A stretch of 64,000 nt of DNA from Eledone cirrhosa (lineage: Eukaryota): NCBI GenBank assembly GCA_964016885.1, contig OZ024742.1, forward strand, positions 199,702,001-199,766,000, in the 5' to 3' direction. The first letter of the stretch is position 1. Each line of letters begins with the position of its first letter. Shown here piece by piece: positions 1 through 12,800 of the stretch. Position numbers and translations under genes: made by a program. A model generated the notes under the pieces. The model searched no databases and was not told where the DNA came from. It saw only the letters and a list, made by a program, of their open reading frames with translations.

Positions 1-42
1 TCGGCCAGGAAGTCGACCAGACAAAGGTGGGCGGGTACCAAT

Positions 43-360
43 TTGGAGATTCTGGTGCAGATGAGGCCGGAGAGAATCTCCAAAATACCCGAAAAGGTCC
101 TAGTCGACAACAACAACTACATTAACATTTCGGTTGAAGGACAAAACCCACATTGCATTCGTTGTAATAGCACCACACATCTAAAGGTCTCCTGCCCTTT
201 ACAAACACGCTCAAACAAAACGATTCAAAAATACTGTTACCAACACCAACACCAAAACAACCACCACGACAACAACAACAACACACAAAACAAGCAAACA
301 CACCAAAACAAACAGCCACTCAACCAACAACAACAGAAAAAACACAGACAACACCCCTGA
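43..360 (+). pseudogene. LINE ORF1 (gag-like) remnant with CCHC zinc knuckle
   Basis: CIRCNSTTHLKVSC = CX2CX4HX4C, followed by a low-complexity T/Q/N/P-rich linker typical of Tx1 ORF1. Confidence 0.7.
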
Positions 361-1080
361 AGAACACAGCCCCACCCATCCCACTCCATCAAACACTACC
401 ACAAACACACACACCGAAACACCACCACCACACAACATACCCATACCCCACACTCCTGACGATGATTATTCATCGACGGATGAAGCTGCTTCTCCTTCTT
501 TAAGGGAAGAAGAAGGAGAGCCGCGGAAATCTAAAATACAAAAAAAGAGACACCACAAAACCCCCAAAACTCCAATCACCAACACCAACACACAACCACA
601 GACACAAACAACAATACAAACAACACCACGGTCAAACATCCCCATACCAGGAAAACCAACAGCAACACCAACACCACCCCAAACACAAGCACCCACCATA
701 AAAAGAAAACTCGGACGAACAACAAACTAAAACAACACAACAAAAACACAAACAACAATACGCATACATCAACACAAACAACAAGAGTTTGATGGAGGTC
801 ATCTCCCAAAATCCCAAGGTGGAGACGGAGGGCAAAACTTTCGTCAAGGCAGAATCGTCTCCACACCTTAAACTTATAAGGGTTTCTATGGAAACCTATA
901 ATGACCTGAAAAATAAACCCTGCCAGAAACCCATCAACCACGTCCTGTTAAAATGTTTCCCCACCCAACCCCACCCAACACCCCATCCAGCACCCAAATG
1001 GAGATTGAACAACCCGATCTACAGGAAACGAAAAAGTAAGTGCGCCTTTCGTCCCTTTTCTCCAACTCTTCTTCACCAAC

Positions 1081-4000
1081 ATGGCTAGTTTACGAGTTGG
1101 AAGCGTGAATGTGCGTGGACTAGGGATGCCCTGGAAACAGGGGAACTTTTAAACGACCTTAGGTCACACGGTATCGATGTGATAGCCATCACCGAGTCCA
1201 GGATCCACAACAGGCAGCAACTAACCCCCATCTTCGACAACTTTGAGATCTACGCATCTCTCTGTCAGCCAGGAGGTGGAGGGGGAGTGGCTGTCATATT
1301 TCGGAAGAACCTGGACGTCGAAGTACAGCAAGTACACTTGGACCCGGAGGGTAGACTGGTAGTCCTAGATGTGAACAGTATTGGAGGCAGAGCCTTCAGA
1401 CTGGTGGCCGTTTATGCCACGACCGGGCAATCGCAATCACGGCCAGACTTCTTTATGCGTCTAGAGTCTTTTCTGGGAACGCCTCGCTCCTTACTTTTAG
1501 TGGGGGACTGGAATGGTATCCTAGATGCACGATGGGACTATGTGGGAGCAGGGGGGTGCCACAGCCTCAAAACTTTAATCGGCCAATCCCAACTGGCCGA
1601 TAGGTATCGACTGGATTTCCTGACTGCACCACAGAGGACGTGGGCAAACCGCAGCGGAACATCTAGATCGTATTTAGATAGGTTCTTCATTAGAGAAAGG
1701 GACAAGGAGATGTTAAGCTGTTCACGAATGCACATGGTTGCCTATTCAGATCACAAATTAGTCGTCTGCTTAGTCAACCGTGACAGAATACATAGACAAG
1801 GACCCGGATACTGGAAGCTGAACGTGTCGTTGCCGGCACGTAAAGCTTACAGTGAACGGATAAGTAGACTAGTCAAGCAACAGTTAACGGGAGCTATCGT
1901 CAACAATAAATGGTGGTACTCTCTCAAGAAAGCAATTAGAATAGAATCGATAGGGTTTAGCAGAGAGTTAGCCTTAGAGAAAAACAAAATAGAAAGAGAA
2001 CTAGTAGCCAAGGTAGAGGAGGCACTTAGAAGTGGCAACGCGGCTAGAGTGTTAGCGTCGAGAACGGCACTGAACCAGTTCTTCGATGCAAAACACGAAG
2101 GCTGCGTGGTCAGAGGGAAAACACGTGCTCTAGGAAACGAAGGAGCGAAAGCTGTCAGCTGGGCCCGAGTGGCGGAGACGAAAAGTGGCAACAAGTCCAC
2201 GATTCGGTCTTTGAAAGACAAAACGGACGCGTGCTACTTGACCCCAAACAAATGTGCGCGGCCTTTCAGCAGCACTTTGCGCGACTGTTTGAGAAGAACG
2301 ACGGTGAGCCGAACGGGGCATACCTCGACGGCCTGCCGCCTCTCTCGATCACGGACGCCGAGTTCTGCGAAAGACCGATCACGGACACTGAGATACGGGA
2401 TGCTCTGGGCCGCTGCGGGAAACGCAAGTCACCCTATGAGTTTTACATAGGCATGCCGGACTTGTTCTCTGGCGTCCTCGAAGCCGTCTACTGCAATTGG
2501 CAGCAGAACGGGAGAATTCCCGGTTCTGCAGGCAAGGGCGTAGTAACGCTGATCAGGAAAGACGAGAACAAGGGGGACGAAATTAACAACTTCAGGCCCA
2601 TAACTCTGCTCAACACAGAGTTAAAGATTTTGGCCAAGGTGCTAGCGATAAGGTTGACGCTTGTCGTCGAGAACCTGGTAGGGAAAGCGCAAACGTGTGC
2701 AATCCCGTCCAGGTCCATCTCATGCGATACATCATAGAGAGGGTGAGTAGTATATCCAGCTTCGGTGGGGCTCTGGTCAATTTAGATCAGTCTAAGGCAT
2801 TCGATAGGGTCGACCATCGATACTTGGAAACGGTTCTCAAGGCGGCCGGTTTCGGTCCCGTTTACAGAGGCTGGATCGAGGCGATGCACACCAGCATCTG
2901 CTCGAGGGTCAAGGTGAACGGCTACTTATCGGAGCCGTTTGCAATCACGCGTTCCATTCGACAGGGGTGCCCTCTCTCCTGCATTCTGCATGTATTGACT
3001 CTAGAGCCACTACTGCGGAAATTGGAGTTGTTGCAGGGCATCCCTCTAGAACCGGGACTGCGCAAAGCGGCGTCGGCTTATGCCGACGACATGTCGTTAA
3101 TGGTGTCGAGCACCTCGGAAATCGGGGTGATCCGAAACTTACTGAAAGAATACGAAACGCTGACGGGAGCAAAACTAAACCCGGACAAGTCTGTCGGTTT
3201 GCAACTCGGTACGTGAAGAAAGAAACCGATGACATCCGACAGCGTCGTTGGACGCTGGACGGACGGACCGGTGAAATTGCTCGGGGTCTGGTTCGGTCCA
3301 TACCTCCAGGTGGAGAAAAACTGGAACGAGGTCACGGCCAAGGTGTTTGCACTCACCCAGAAGTGGGCAGAATGCAAACTGTCCTTTAAAGGTCGAGCGG
3401 AGGTGGCGAACACTTTCATAACGTCCGTCATCTACTACCGCTTGACTGTCGTGCCTTGTCGCCGTGAACACCTCGCCAAGATGGAACGCATGCTCTTCCA
3501 GTTTCTGTGGAAGAAACAGGCTCCGCTGGTGACGAGATCCGTCTGCTGTCAGCACACTTCCAACGGAGGGCTGGGAACGCCGTGGCTGATGATGCGGAAA
3601 CATGCGCTGAGGCTGCGGCATCTCCAGGTATTCCTCACCGATCCCCAACCGGTGTGGGCACCGTTTGTGAGAGAGGCTTTCCCGGAGCTGCAGTCCTGGG
3701 TCAAGAAAAGACCGAAAACGATGGGCGCCTGGCACAGTGAATGTGCACAGTCCTCTGGCAAGCGGGCGCAGCAATCAGTGGAGACTCCACTTCGACATTC
3801 TATAGAGGGATTGTACGTTACAAGGGCGACGGCGTGCTCGGAGAGACTCTGGACGTCGACGACGATGAGCTCACCAGTCTGTTTGGTAGGACTTTCCGCC
3901 CGGGACCTATGGACAACTTCCAGAGGTCCCTGGCCTGGCAGTGATACCGACGAGCTCTACCGGTTCGTGGCAAGATCCACAGGCACGACGCCCCGGCAGG

Positions 4001-4435
4001 GATCCGTCCGTGAGGCTGGGTCCAAGATGCGCGTAGGACATTGAAACATTCCTGCACGCAATTGTACACTGCCCGGGCGTAACCGACCTGTGGAACTATG
4101 CAGAACAACTGCTGTCGCGTATGTGACAAATCCAGTTGACTGCCGAGTCCATAGTAAGGATCAAACCGCCAGCCTCTTTCAAAAACGAAAGAGAGGCGGT
4201 TTTCCTCTGTACAGTGGCTATGGTGAAAGAAGTTATATGGTGGACGAGATTGAGAAGACTGAGGACAGATGCCTTTCTCTCCGTACAACAATTGATTCCC
4301 TTCTTTAAGTATCACTGTAGAAGGAGAATCAGAGTGGAGTGCGAGGCACTGCACCCCAGTAAATTGACTGAAAGGTGGGTAAATGAAGCGAAAATGGCCC
4401 GAGTGATTGGGCCTTCTCTGTTTATAAGCCTGTAG
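1081..4435 (+). pseudogene. Tx1-like ORF2 (APE endonuclease + reverse transcriptase), multiple frameshifts and stops
   Basis: MASLRVGSVNVRG start, ITES, LLVGDWN, SYLDRF, SDHKLV (APE); GPGYWKLN; FRPITLLN, LDQSKAFDRVDH, RQGCPLS, YADD (RT); NGGLG; spread over ORFs 1179, 2231, 2695, 3229, 3741 and 4136. Confidence 0.9.
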
Positions 4436-4668
4436 GTTGAAGAAGAGAGCAAAAGGAAGAAAGGAGCACTTGCACAACACGCACCTGGAGTTGAGGATTG
4501 TTCTATCGGCGGGGTATTAAACAACCCATTTGTGGCGCTTCCCCCCTATTGGGGATTTCGATTGTTGTAATTGTTTGTTTTTATATTTTTTATACGACTG
4601 TATGTAAAATCCCCGGCATGTCTTTGTATTGTCCCCTTTTCTCGTGCGCCCTTGTGGCAAATAAAGAA

Positions 4669-4724
<56 letters not shown>

Positions 4725-4745
4725 AGCTAGCTAGCTAGCTAGCTA
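4669..4745. repeat. (ATCT)n / (AT)n / (CTAG)n microsatellite at the LINE 3' junction
   Basis: directly visible. Confidence 0.95.
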
Positions 4746-5176
4746 TACTTCTAGTTAGTCTATGTTTTTGTCGATACAACTTACTTTTACTATTAAGTTA
4801 AACATTGTCTGGGCAAATACTTGCTGAAACCTATCAAAGTTATCAGTTTTGTCATTATCATTTCTATTAGCATATTCTGAATTTCTTGGATATCTCTGGT
4901 TTTCGAGTATTTCAATCATAAGTATTATTTATCACTTTTCATTATCACATTCTATATCATATCTTAAAGATCGCTATAAAGTTATGTTCCAATCACTTAT
5001 TTGACAATGAGAAAATTTGTATATTACAAACTCTCTCGGGGTCGATAAAATAAAGTACCAGTAATGCACTGGGATAATAGCTGGCCTTGTGCCAAAAGTA
5101 GAAACAATTATAATTTTATGTAAGATCCTTTGTTATGTTATGTTCTAAACACCAAATAAGTAAGGAGACATTTACT

Positions 5177-5560
5177 TATATTACTAAAATCTGCTAAATC
5201 CTTGATTATTATAAAAATTATTTGAAAATCATTAGAAATAGAGCAAGGAAAAGGTTAAAGTTTATATTTATCTAAAACCTATCTATCATAATGTTATGGA
5301 AGAACCAGCGGTTTTCATTAGAAATCGGTAACAAATTATATTCCAAAACCAGACAAATAATAAGAAAGTTATATTACTAAAACACTTCAAATGCTTGATT
5401 ATTGTCAAAATTATGTAACAATCATTAGAAATATGGTAACAGAAGGGTTAATGTTTATATTTATCTAAAAACCTTCCATCAACATTTTACGTAAGAAGCA
5501 GTTTTTATCATTAGAAATACTAGCAGAAAAACCACCCTTTGGGTAATTTTCTGTTAGCAT
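5177..5560. repeat. ~195-bp tandem duplication ending in a CTAG-bounded hairpin (Helitron-like remnant)
   Basis: TATATTACTAAAA...TTTATCTAAAACCT occurs twice; CTAGCAGAAAAACCACCC...TTTTCTGTTAG resembles the hairpin at 22306-22343. Confidence 0.4.
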
Positions 5561-6127
5561 GTGTAGTGTGCATATTGATATTATATGCAAGTACATCAAA
5601 TACAATCGTAATTGACAATATACACAGAAATTGAACGAAGACTGCGTTACACTGTCTTATGTAATCAGTAACGTAATCCATGATACATTAAAAAAAGACG
5701 ATATTATATATAAACTGCATTAGGAGAAATTACTGACGGAAATATATGAATGTTTTTTTAAGTGATCGCTAACCGGAAGTATTGACTTTTGAAAATTTTA
5801 AAGAAGTGAATCTTAAAATCAACAAAATTAAATATATTTAATCAAGAATAACGAAATTTAGCACATAAATTATGTAATATTAATGCATTATTTATTCAAA
5901 GTAATCCAACTTATTTTACTAACGGGATAAAAAAATATATTCTGAACGCAGTCCCGCACTCCTTACTTTATTATAGTTTAGATTGTGAAAAGCAAACAAA
6001 CAACAAAACAACGCCCTCAGTTTCCAAATTCATAAGTGAAGGCTTTCAAAATGTTTATTTATAAACATACTGCATATCGCCAGATATACAAATTTACGTA
6101 TTTCAAATAAAAAATGATTTTTAATTT

Positions 6128-6262
6128 AGGGCACAAAGTCAACAATTTGTGAGGAGGAGAAGTCATTTACATCGAGCCCAGTATATGACTGGAGTTTTAT
6201 TTTATTGAAACCAGAAGGATGAAAGGCAATGTTGACCTCGGCGAGATTTTAACTCAGAACAT
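6128..6262 (-). mobile_element. tRNA-derived SINE fragment (family A)
   Basis: reverse complement of the GTTAAAATCTCGCCGAGGTCAACATTGCCTTTCATCC body shared with the full copies at 51071 and 57493. Confidence 0.75.
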
Positions 6263-6378
6263 AAATGTATATGTATATGTGAATGTATATGCATGTATAT
6301 GCATATATAAATGTAGATGTATATTTATGTTTATGCATATGTGTATATGTATACCTATATGTGTATACATTTCTTATT

Positions 6379-6446
<68 letters not shown>

Positions 6447-6472
6447 ATCCCAACAATTTTAAATAAAACTTT

Positions 6473-6850
<378 letters not shown>

Positions 6851-6862
6851 CATATATATATG

Positions 6863-6895
<33 letters not shown>

Positions 6896-7127
6896 AGTGC
6901 GCTTACACACACACGTATATATATATTTATTAAATAACAGATTAAAGTTTAAAAACGTGGTTCTGTCTTTGCGTGTAATTGTTTTTCACCGCTCCAATTA
7001 ATGACGTATTATATTCGTTTTTTCCCGTTCTTTGCCAGCGAACGTTTCCACGAACCAAAGTATTGTCTTCCTGTCTTCCTCCGGTTGCAACGTTTTTTGA
7101 AATATCCACTTCTGCATTGACTTTGTT

Positions 7128-7178
7128 AGTTTCAGAAGATCCCGTTAAGGGTGAAAGCAGCGATTCTTTGCTTAAACT
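7128..7178 (+). ncRNA. Degenerate or variant type I hammerhead motif (core CAGAAGA)
   Basis: AGTTT-CAGAAGA-T CCC gttaa GGG T-GAAA-GCA..TGC-TT-AAACT; core position U4 is A. Confidence 0.4.
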
Positions 7179-7284
7179 TTAATCTGTTATTTAATAAATA
7201 TTTGCTCTACGGTTCTTATATATTTGATATATATTTATCCTTATCGAGCCCTCTTTGGATTTTAGTCTTCAAATTTATTATTAT

Positions 7285-7334
<50 letters not shown>

Positions 7335-7390
7335 AAGTACAGATGTGAGTGTACTATAAAAATATGTGTTTAAAATACCGTATCTAAACG

Positions 7391-7645
7391 CCACAAAGCA
7401 TTTTGGCCAATACTCATACGATTCTACCAATCGACCGCCTTCCAAATCCTCCAGATAATTTGGGGGAAGGGAAAGTCGATTGTATCGACTCCAGTGCATT
7501 ACTGGTACATTATTTTATCGACCCCATAAGGATGAAAGGCAAATCTAACCTCGGCGGGATTTGAACTCAGAATGTAAAGGGCCATAACTCTATGCCACAA
7601 AGCATAGTGTCTGACGCTTTACCGATACTGCCAATCCGCCGCCCT
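7391..7645 (-). mobile_element. tRNA-derived SINE family A (full copy plus head fragment)
   Basis: minus strand GGGCGGCGGATTGGCAGTATCGG (A box) ... GAGTTCAAATCC (B box) ... GGGTCGATAAAATAA. Confidence 0.85.
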
Positions 7646-7721
7646 AATCAATTCACAAATAATAGAAATTTTACCAATAGACGCAGCATAGTCAAATTGT
7701 CACCCAATCAGATAAATAATT

Positions 7722-7937
7722 GCTTCTACTTTTGGCACAAGGCCAGCAATTACCCAGTGTATTACTGGTACTTTATTTTATCGACCCTGTAAGGATGAAA
7801 GGCAAAGTTAACCTCGGCGGGATTTGAACTCAGACCATAAAGGGCCGTATGGTCTGAGTTCAAATCCCGCCGAGGTTAACTTTGCCTTTCATCCTTACAG
7901 GGTCGATAAAATAAAGTACCAGTAATACACTAGGTAA
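7722..7937. mobile_element. Inverted pair of SINE family A 3' parts (palindrome centred ~7843)
   Basis: ~90-bp arms TACCCAGTGT...CAGACCATA / TATGGTCTG...ACACTAGGTA. Confidence 0.85.
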
Positions 7938-8432
7938 ATAATGAAAACGTTCTATTCCCCAATTCCCATAAACGTTCGGATTATTAAAAACATGTTTAAA
8001 AACCATAGACATGATAATAACAGCATTAATCATAGAACTATGCTTCTGCCTATATATAAGACTTTTCTGAAATACAATAAGACATGATATAGAAAATAAA
8101 CGAAAGTGTATGCAACAATCTTTGTGTGTTTTTAAATGGTTAAAATAACTGTTTCACAATGTGGTTATTTTATAGTTCCATGTTCTTAGATTACTTCACT
8201 TGTCAAACATGAATAACTCCGATTGTATGTGATATATGTGAATGTATATCTATATGCATATATAAATGTATCTGTATATATATGTTTATGCATATGTGTA
8301 TATGTATATCTATATGCATATATAAATGTATCTGTATATATATGTTTATGCATATGTGTATATGTATATGTTTATGCATATGTGTATATGTATATGTATA
8401 TGTATATATGTATACCTATATGTGTATGTATT

Positions 8433-8465
<33 letters not shown>

Positions 8466-8653
8466 TTACACACACACACACACACATATATATATACATA
8501 TATATAGATGTAAGCACAGATGTGTGCTATAAGAATTTGTTTAAAATACCGTAGTATCTAAAACATTCAAACATTATCTGAATGAGAACTACTTTATTCT
8601 TGTGGGTAGAGTGTAGAAATTTATTTTTTAAGTAGAAAAGTTTCAAGGAATTC

Positions 8654-8698
<45 letters not shown>

Positions 8699-8941
8699 TG
8701 TAGATAAATCTACCAAAAGTTTACGGTAGTGTCCAATCCGTATGAAGAACTCAATGTAATCCGGATATCATGAAAAGAGAAGATGCATTCAAAAACTACT
8801 TTCGGTGAAAAATAAACGGAAAACAGAGTCAAGATAAAATATTAAAAAAAGAATGAATAAACAAAGAAACAAAGATAAGGAACTGTTTCTTTGTTTATTC
8901 ATTATTTTTTTAATATTTTATATACATATATATATATATAT

Positions 8942-9036
<95 letters not shown>

Positions 9037-9155
9037 TGAGTGCAATGAAGATATATATCAATTTAACGCTTGATATAGTAGGAAAATAGTCGTAACGTTT
9101 CGATTGTTAGTCTTCATCAGAATAAGAAGAGGAAAGAACAGACATGTTCTTTTTA

Positions 9156-9192
<37 letters not shown>

Positions 9193-9400
9193 TAAGGATA
9201 ATTGCGACGCCCGATGTAGATGTTCCTTTAACCATAAAGCTGTGATACATATTTCAATGACATTTATAGTTACGTGCTGCTTCGAACACGCAACCACTAA
9301 CACTACATCAGCAGGTAGCATCATATGCTATAATGTTACGTTGCCTATTCAATATAAGGGAACGGAGCGGTATGATATTTTCATTATGGAAGCTCATTCC

Positions 9401-9489
<89 letters not shown>

Positions 9490-9493
<4 letters not shown>

Positions 9494-9807
9494 GGTGGTG
9501 GATGCTTAAAGCGTCCGTATGCGGTAGGCCGTATGAGCACTCGATGCCCTCGTAGAGCAACGTATAATATCACAGAAAAAAGAGAATCAGTGTTGCAACG
9601 AAAAGAATTTATTGGACATATTACAATTGTTTCTCGGGCGAGCAACTCGAGGCACGATCGATGTGGTGATCAAACCTGACTCTGAAATCGCGTGGTCCTC
9701 GGATACGTCTCGATTCTACGAAGCAGATTTTCCTATGGGTCGCCAGAGAAACAATTGTAATACATCCAATAAATTCCTTTCGTCGCAACACTGATTCTCT
9801 TTTTTCT

Positions 9808-9812
<5 letters not shown>
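9490..9812. mobile_element. PLE-like terminal fragment as inverted repeat (HHR 3' halves facing outward)
   Basis: arms ~9566-9636 and ~9744-9812; each reads GAAA-CAATTG-TA...AATAAA toward flanking (TA)n. Confidence 0.6.
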
Positions 9813-9855
<43 letters not shown>

Positions 9856-9858
<3 letters not shown>

Positions 9859-12800
9859 ACATCTAAGGCGGGTAAATTCCCGAGATCCATGGACGAGTTC
9901 TCTCCAGCGGTCTCTGTCCCTCATTATCGCTGCCATGTCCTGCATCTCCAACAGACCAGTGTCTGTCCTTAGGGCATCAACATATGTTAACCTTGGTCTT
10001 CCTCTTCTAGTGTGTCCATGTAGGGGCTCTCAAAGGAGCACTGAGTGCAATGTCAACTCTGGATGTCGGTGAGCATGTCCAGCCAACCTCAGTCTCCTCT
10101 GTGTCACTTTTGAGTTGACTTTTGGGATGCTCCCATACAGCTCTGAGTTTTTCATCCTCAGTGTATACTGATTAATGTTCAGAGCCATCCTCAGCATTCT
10201 CGTGTAGCACCCATCCACCATCTGAGTGAGTCTCTTGGTCAGTGTCCAAGTCTCAGACCCATACAGCAGCACAGACTCCACTACAGCAATGAAGAGGCGG
10301 ATTTTCAGGTCTCTACGAAGGTCCGACTTCCACACCGATCTCAAGCTGTGACACGCCGCCCAGGCCTTGCTCTTCCTCTCAACCACATCATCTTCCGTAT
10401 TCCCAATCTTTGCTCCCAAATACAGGAAGTCCTCAACCAATTCCAGCGGCTTCCCGCCTACATTAGTGATCCCCTCTGGCTTCTCAACATTCTCTACCAG
10501 ATATTTTGTTTTAGTCTCATTCATTCTCAGCCCCACACTCATCGACACAGTCTCAACCTCCCGCATCAAATCCTCTGCCTCCTTCACTGTATTTGTCACC
10601 AAAACTATGTCGTCGGCAAATTCAGCATCCGATACATTTTTCGCCCCAACTCTCCTGCTCTGAGCCGGTGCTACAGTAAAGCCAGTGTCCTGGTGTTTCT
10701 CCAGTGCAAGGCGCATACAATAGTCCACTACGATGATAAAAAGGTAGGGAGCCAATGTATCTCCCTGGAGCACTCCAGCCAGTATCTCAAAGAACTCTGT
10801 CATCCCATCAGGTGTAATGACTTGGGCTTTGGTGTTGGTGTAGAGCAGTGATATCAGGTCCACTATCCTCTTGGGGATTCCATAAGCCTGTAAGATCTTC
10901 ATCAGGCAGTAACGGTCCACAGAATCAAAGGCCTTCCTAAAGTCAATGAAAACCATGACCGCAGGAAGGCACTTTGCTCTAGCTCCCTCTAATATCCTCC
11001 TCAGCATCAGGATGTGACTGGTGGTTGATCTACCCTCTCTGAAGCCGTTCTGGTTGTCCCTGAGCTTCTTCTCCATCTCAGGCTGGATCCTGTTAAGAAT
11101 CATCCTGTTGAGGGTCTTTGCCACAAGTGACGTCAGTGAGATCCCCCGGTAGTTGTTGGTGTTAGAGAGATCTCCCTTCTTTGGCACTGGGACGATGTTA
11201 CTGATCCTCCACTGATTCGGGGCAACTCCTTTCTCCAGTGCCCCGTTACAGAACCCCAGGATGATATCATCAAAATCACACCTCTTCATCACCTCTGATG
11301 CCACTCCATCTTCTCCATGAGCCTTGCCCTCCTTGATCTTCTTGGCTCTCTGAAGCTCCTCTCTGGTGAAGGGCTCTGTCTCAACATCCAGTTCCTCAAA
11401 CAGCCGCCTGATCTCCCCAGTGCTCTGGGCTGTGGAGGGTGGCTCTCCTAGTAGGGTCCTAAAATGGTCTAGCCATTTCCTCTTCCTATCCTCGGGCCCC
11501 GTTCCCTGGATCTGACTCGAACACCTTTTCTTCCTCCCTGTGATCTCGTTGATGATCATCCAGCTCTCCTTACATCCAGATCTGTCAACCGCTCTCTCCA
11601 CACTTCTGATCTTCTCTATCAGTGCCTCCTCTCTGACCTCAGTGTAAGCGGTACAGAGCTCTTCCCTCATCACCTCCACAGTCTCCATCCTCTCCTCCGT
11701 AGGATCAGCATAGAATTGGTCCCTGGCAGCTTTCAGGTGTTCTCTGGCTGCACACACTTTTGGGTTTGCAGAGCTGACGTGCTTCCCTTTGTTCTTTTTC
11801 CTCGGCACCAGGGTTTCACTTGCTTTCGCCACTGCATTGGTGAAGTGCCCGTACCTCCTCGTCACACTCTCCTCAGTCCATCCAATCTCTCTCTCCTCTG
11901 ACTCTCCACACAGAGCACTAAACCTGTTTCTCACTTCCACTGTGAACCTCTCCTGTAGCTTATCATCTTCCTTGAAAGCTCCCCAGTCATAGATTGTTCT
12001 CCGGGGCTGAGCCTTGCTCTTTCTTAAGCTCACGCGGACCTCACTCATAACAAGCCGGTGGTCACTACCCAGTGTACTGAAATAGCTGTATGGTTCCGTG
12101 TTCAGAACACTATTCCGCCACTTTTTCCTCACCAGAATGAAATCAATCTGGGACTTGGACAGGTGCATATCTGAGATGTAGGTCCACATCTTCCCCAGAT
12201 TCTTCCTAAACCTTAGGTTGGTCGCCATCAAGTTCGCCTCCAGCAGGGTGTCTCTCAGTAGTCTTCCATTTCGGTTGGTGTTGTTATGGAAGTACCAGCA
12301 AGGATCTTCACTGCCCTCCTTACTCAGATGTGCATTGAAGTCCCCCAAAACAAGCAGGATATTGTGTGCCTGAGTGGTGTTGACAGCTCTATACACCTCC
12401 TCATGGAACTCCTCGGCATTCACATCACTGTCCCCCTCGGTTGGACTATAGGCTGAGATGACTGTCAGTCTTGGGTTTCCATTGAAGGTCACCCTCAACA
12501 CTCGCGGGGAGATAGGCATTATTTCCCTCACCAACAGATTGGTTTTTGCACTGAACACAAAACCCACTCCTCCTACTGCAGCATTTGTTGTGTTCTTCAC
12601 TGCCGATGTAGTGATGAGCTGGCTCTTCCTCCCGATCATCACACTCCTCATGGGCTCATCGTGTAGAATCCTGTGTTCTTGGATCGCAAGTATCTGTATA
12701 CCACTCTCCTCGAACAGATGTCCCAACTCCTCTCTCTTCTCCAGCGTTCGAATAGTCCTCACATTCAAAGTGCCCATTTTGATGGCTCTTCTGCAGGACA

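Larger units (their letters stand above)
1..4668 (+). mobile_element. Tx1-clade (L1-like) non-LTR retrotransposon, decayed, 5' end outside window
   Basis: ORF1-like zinc knuckle, then an APE endonuclease + RT ORF2 broken by frameshifts, 3' UTR with AATAAA at 4660-4665, running directly into (ATCT)n. Confidence 0.88.

Noticed and set aside
2945-4480. Long antisense and alternate-frame ORFs over the Tx1 LINE (likewise over the RTE at 10348-12886)
   Set aside because: Shadow ORFs of GC-richer coding sequence with no motifs
9079-9125. CTGATGA...GAAACG hammerhead-like core on the minus strand
   Set aside because: Stem I strands (TTATT versus ACGAC) do not pair; at best a rearranged relic
9566-9812. 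MITE interpretation of the inverted repeats
   Set aside because: Arms are unequal, carry HHR halves and AATAAA facing outward, and lack fixed transposon-type termini; PLE-type inversion fits better
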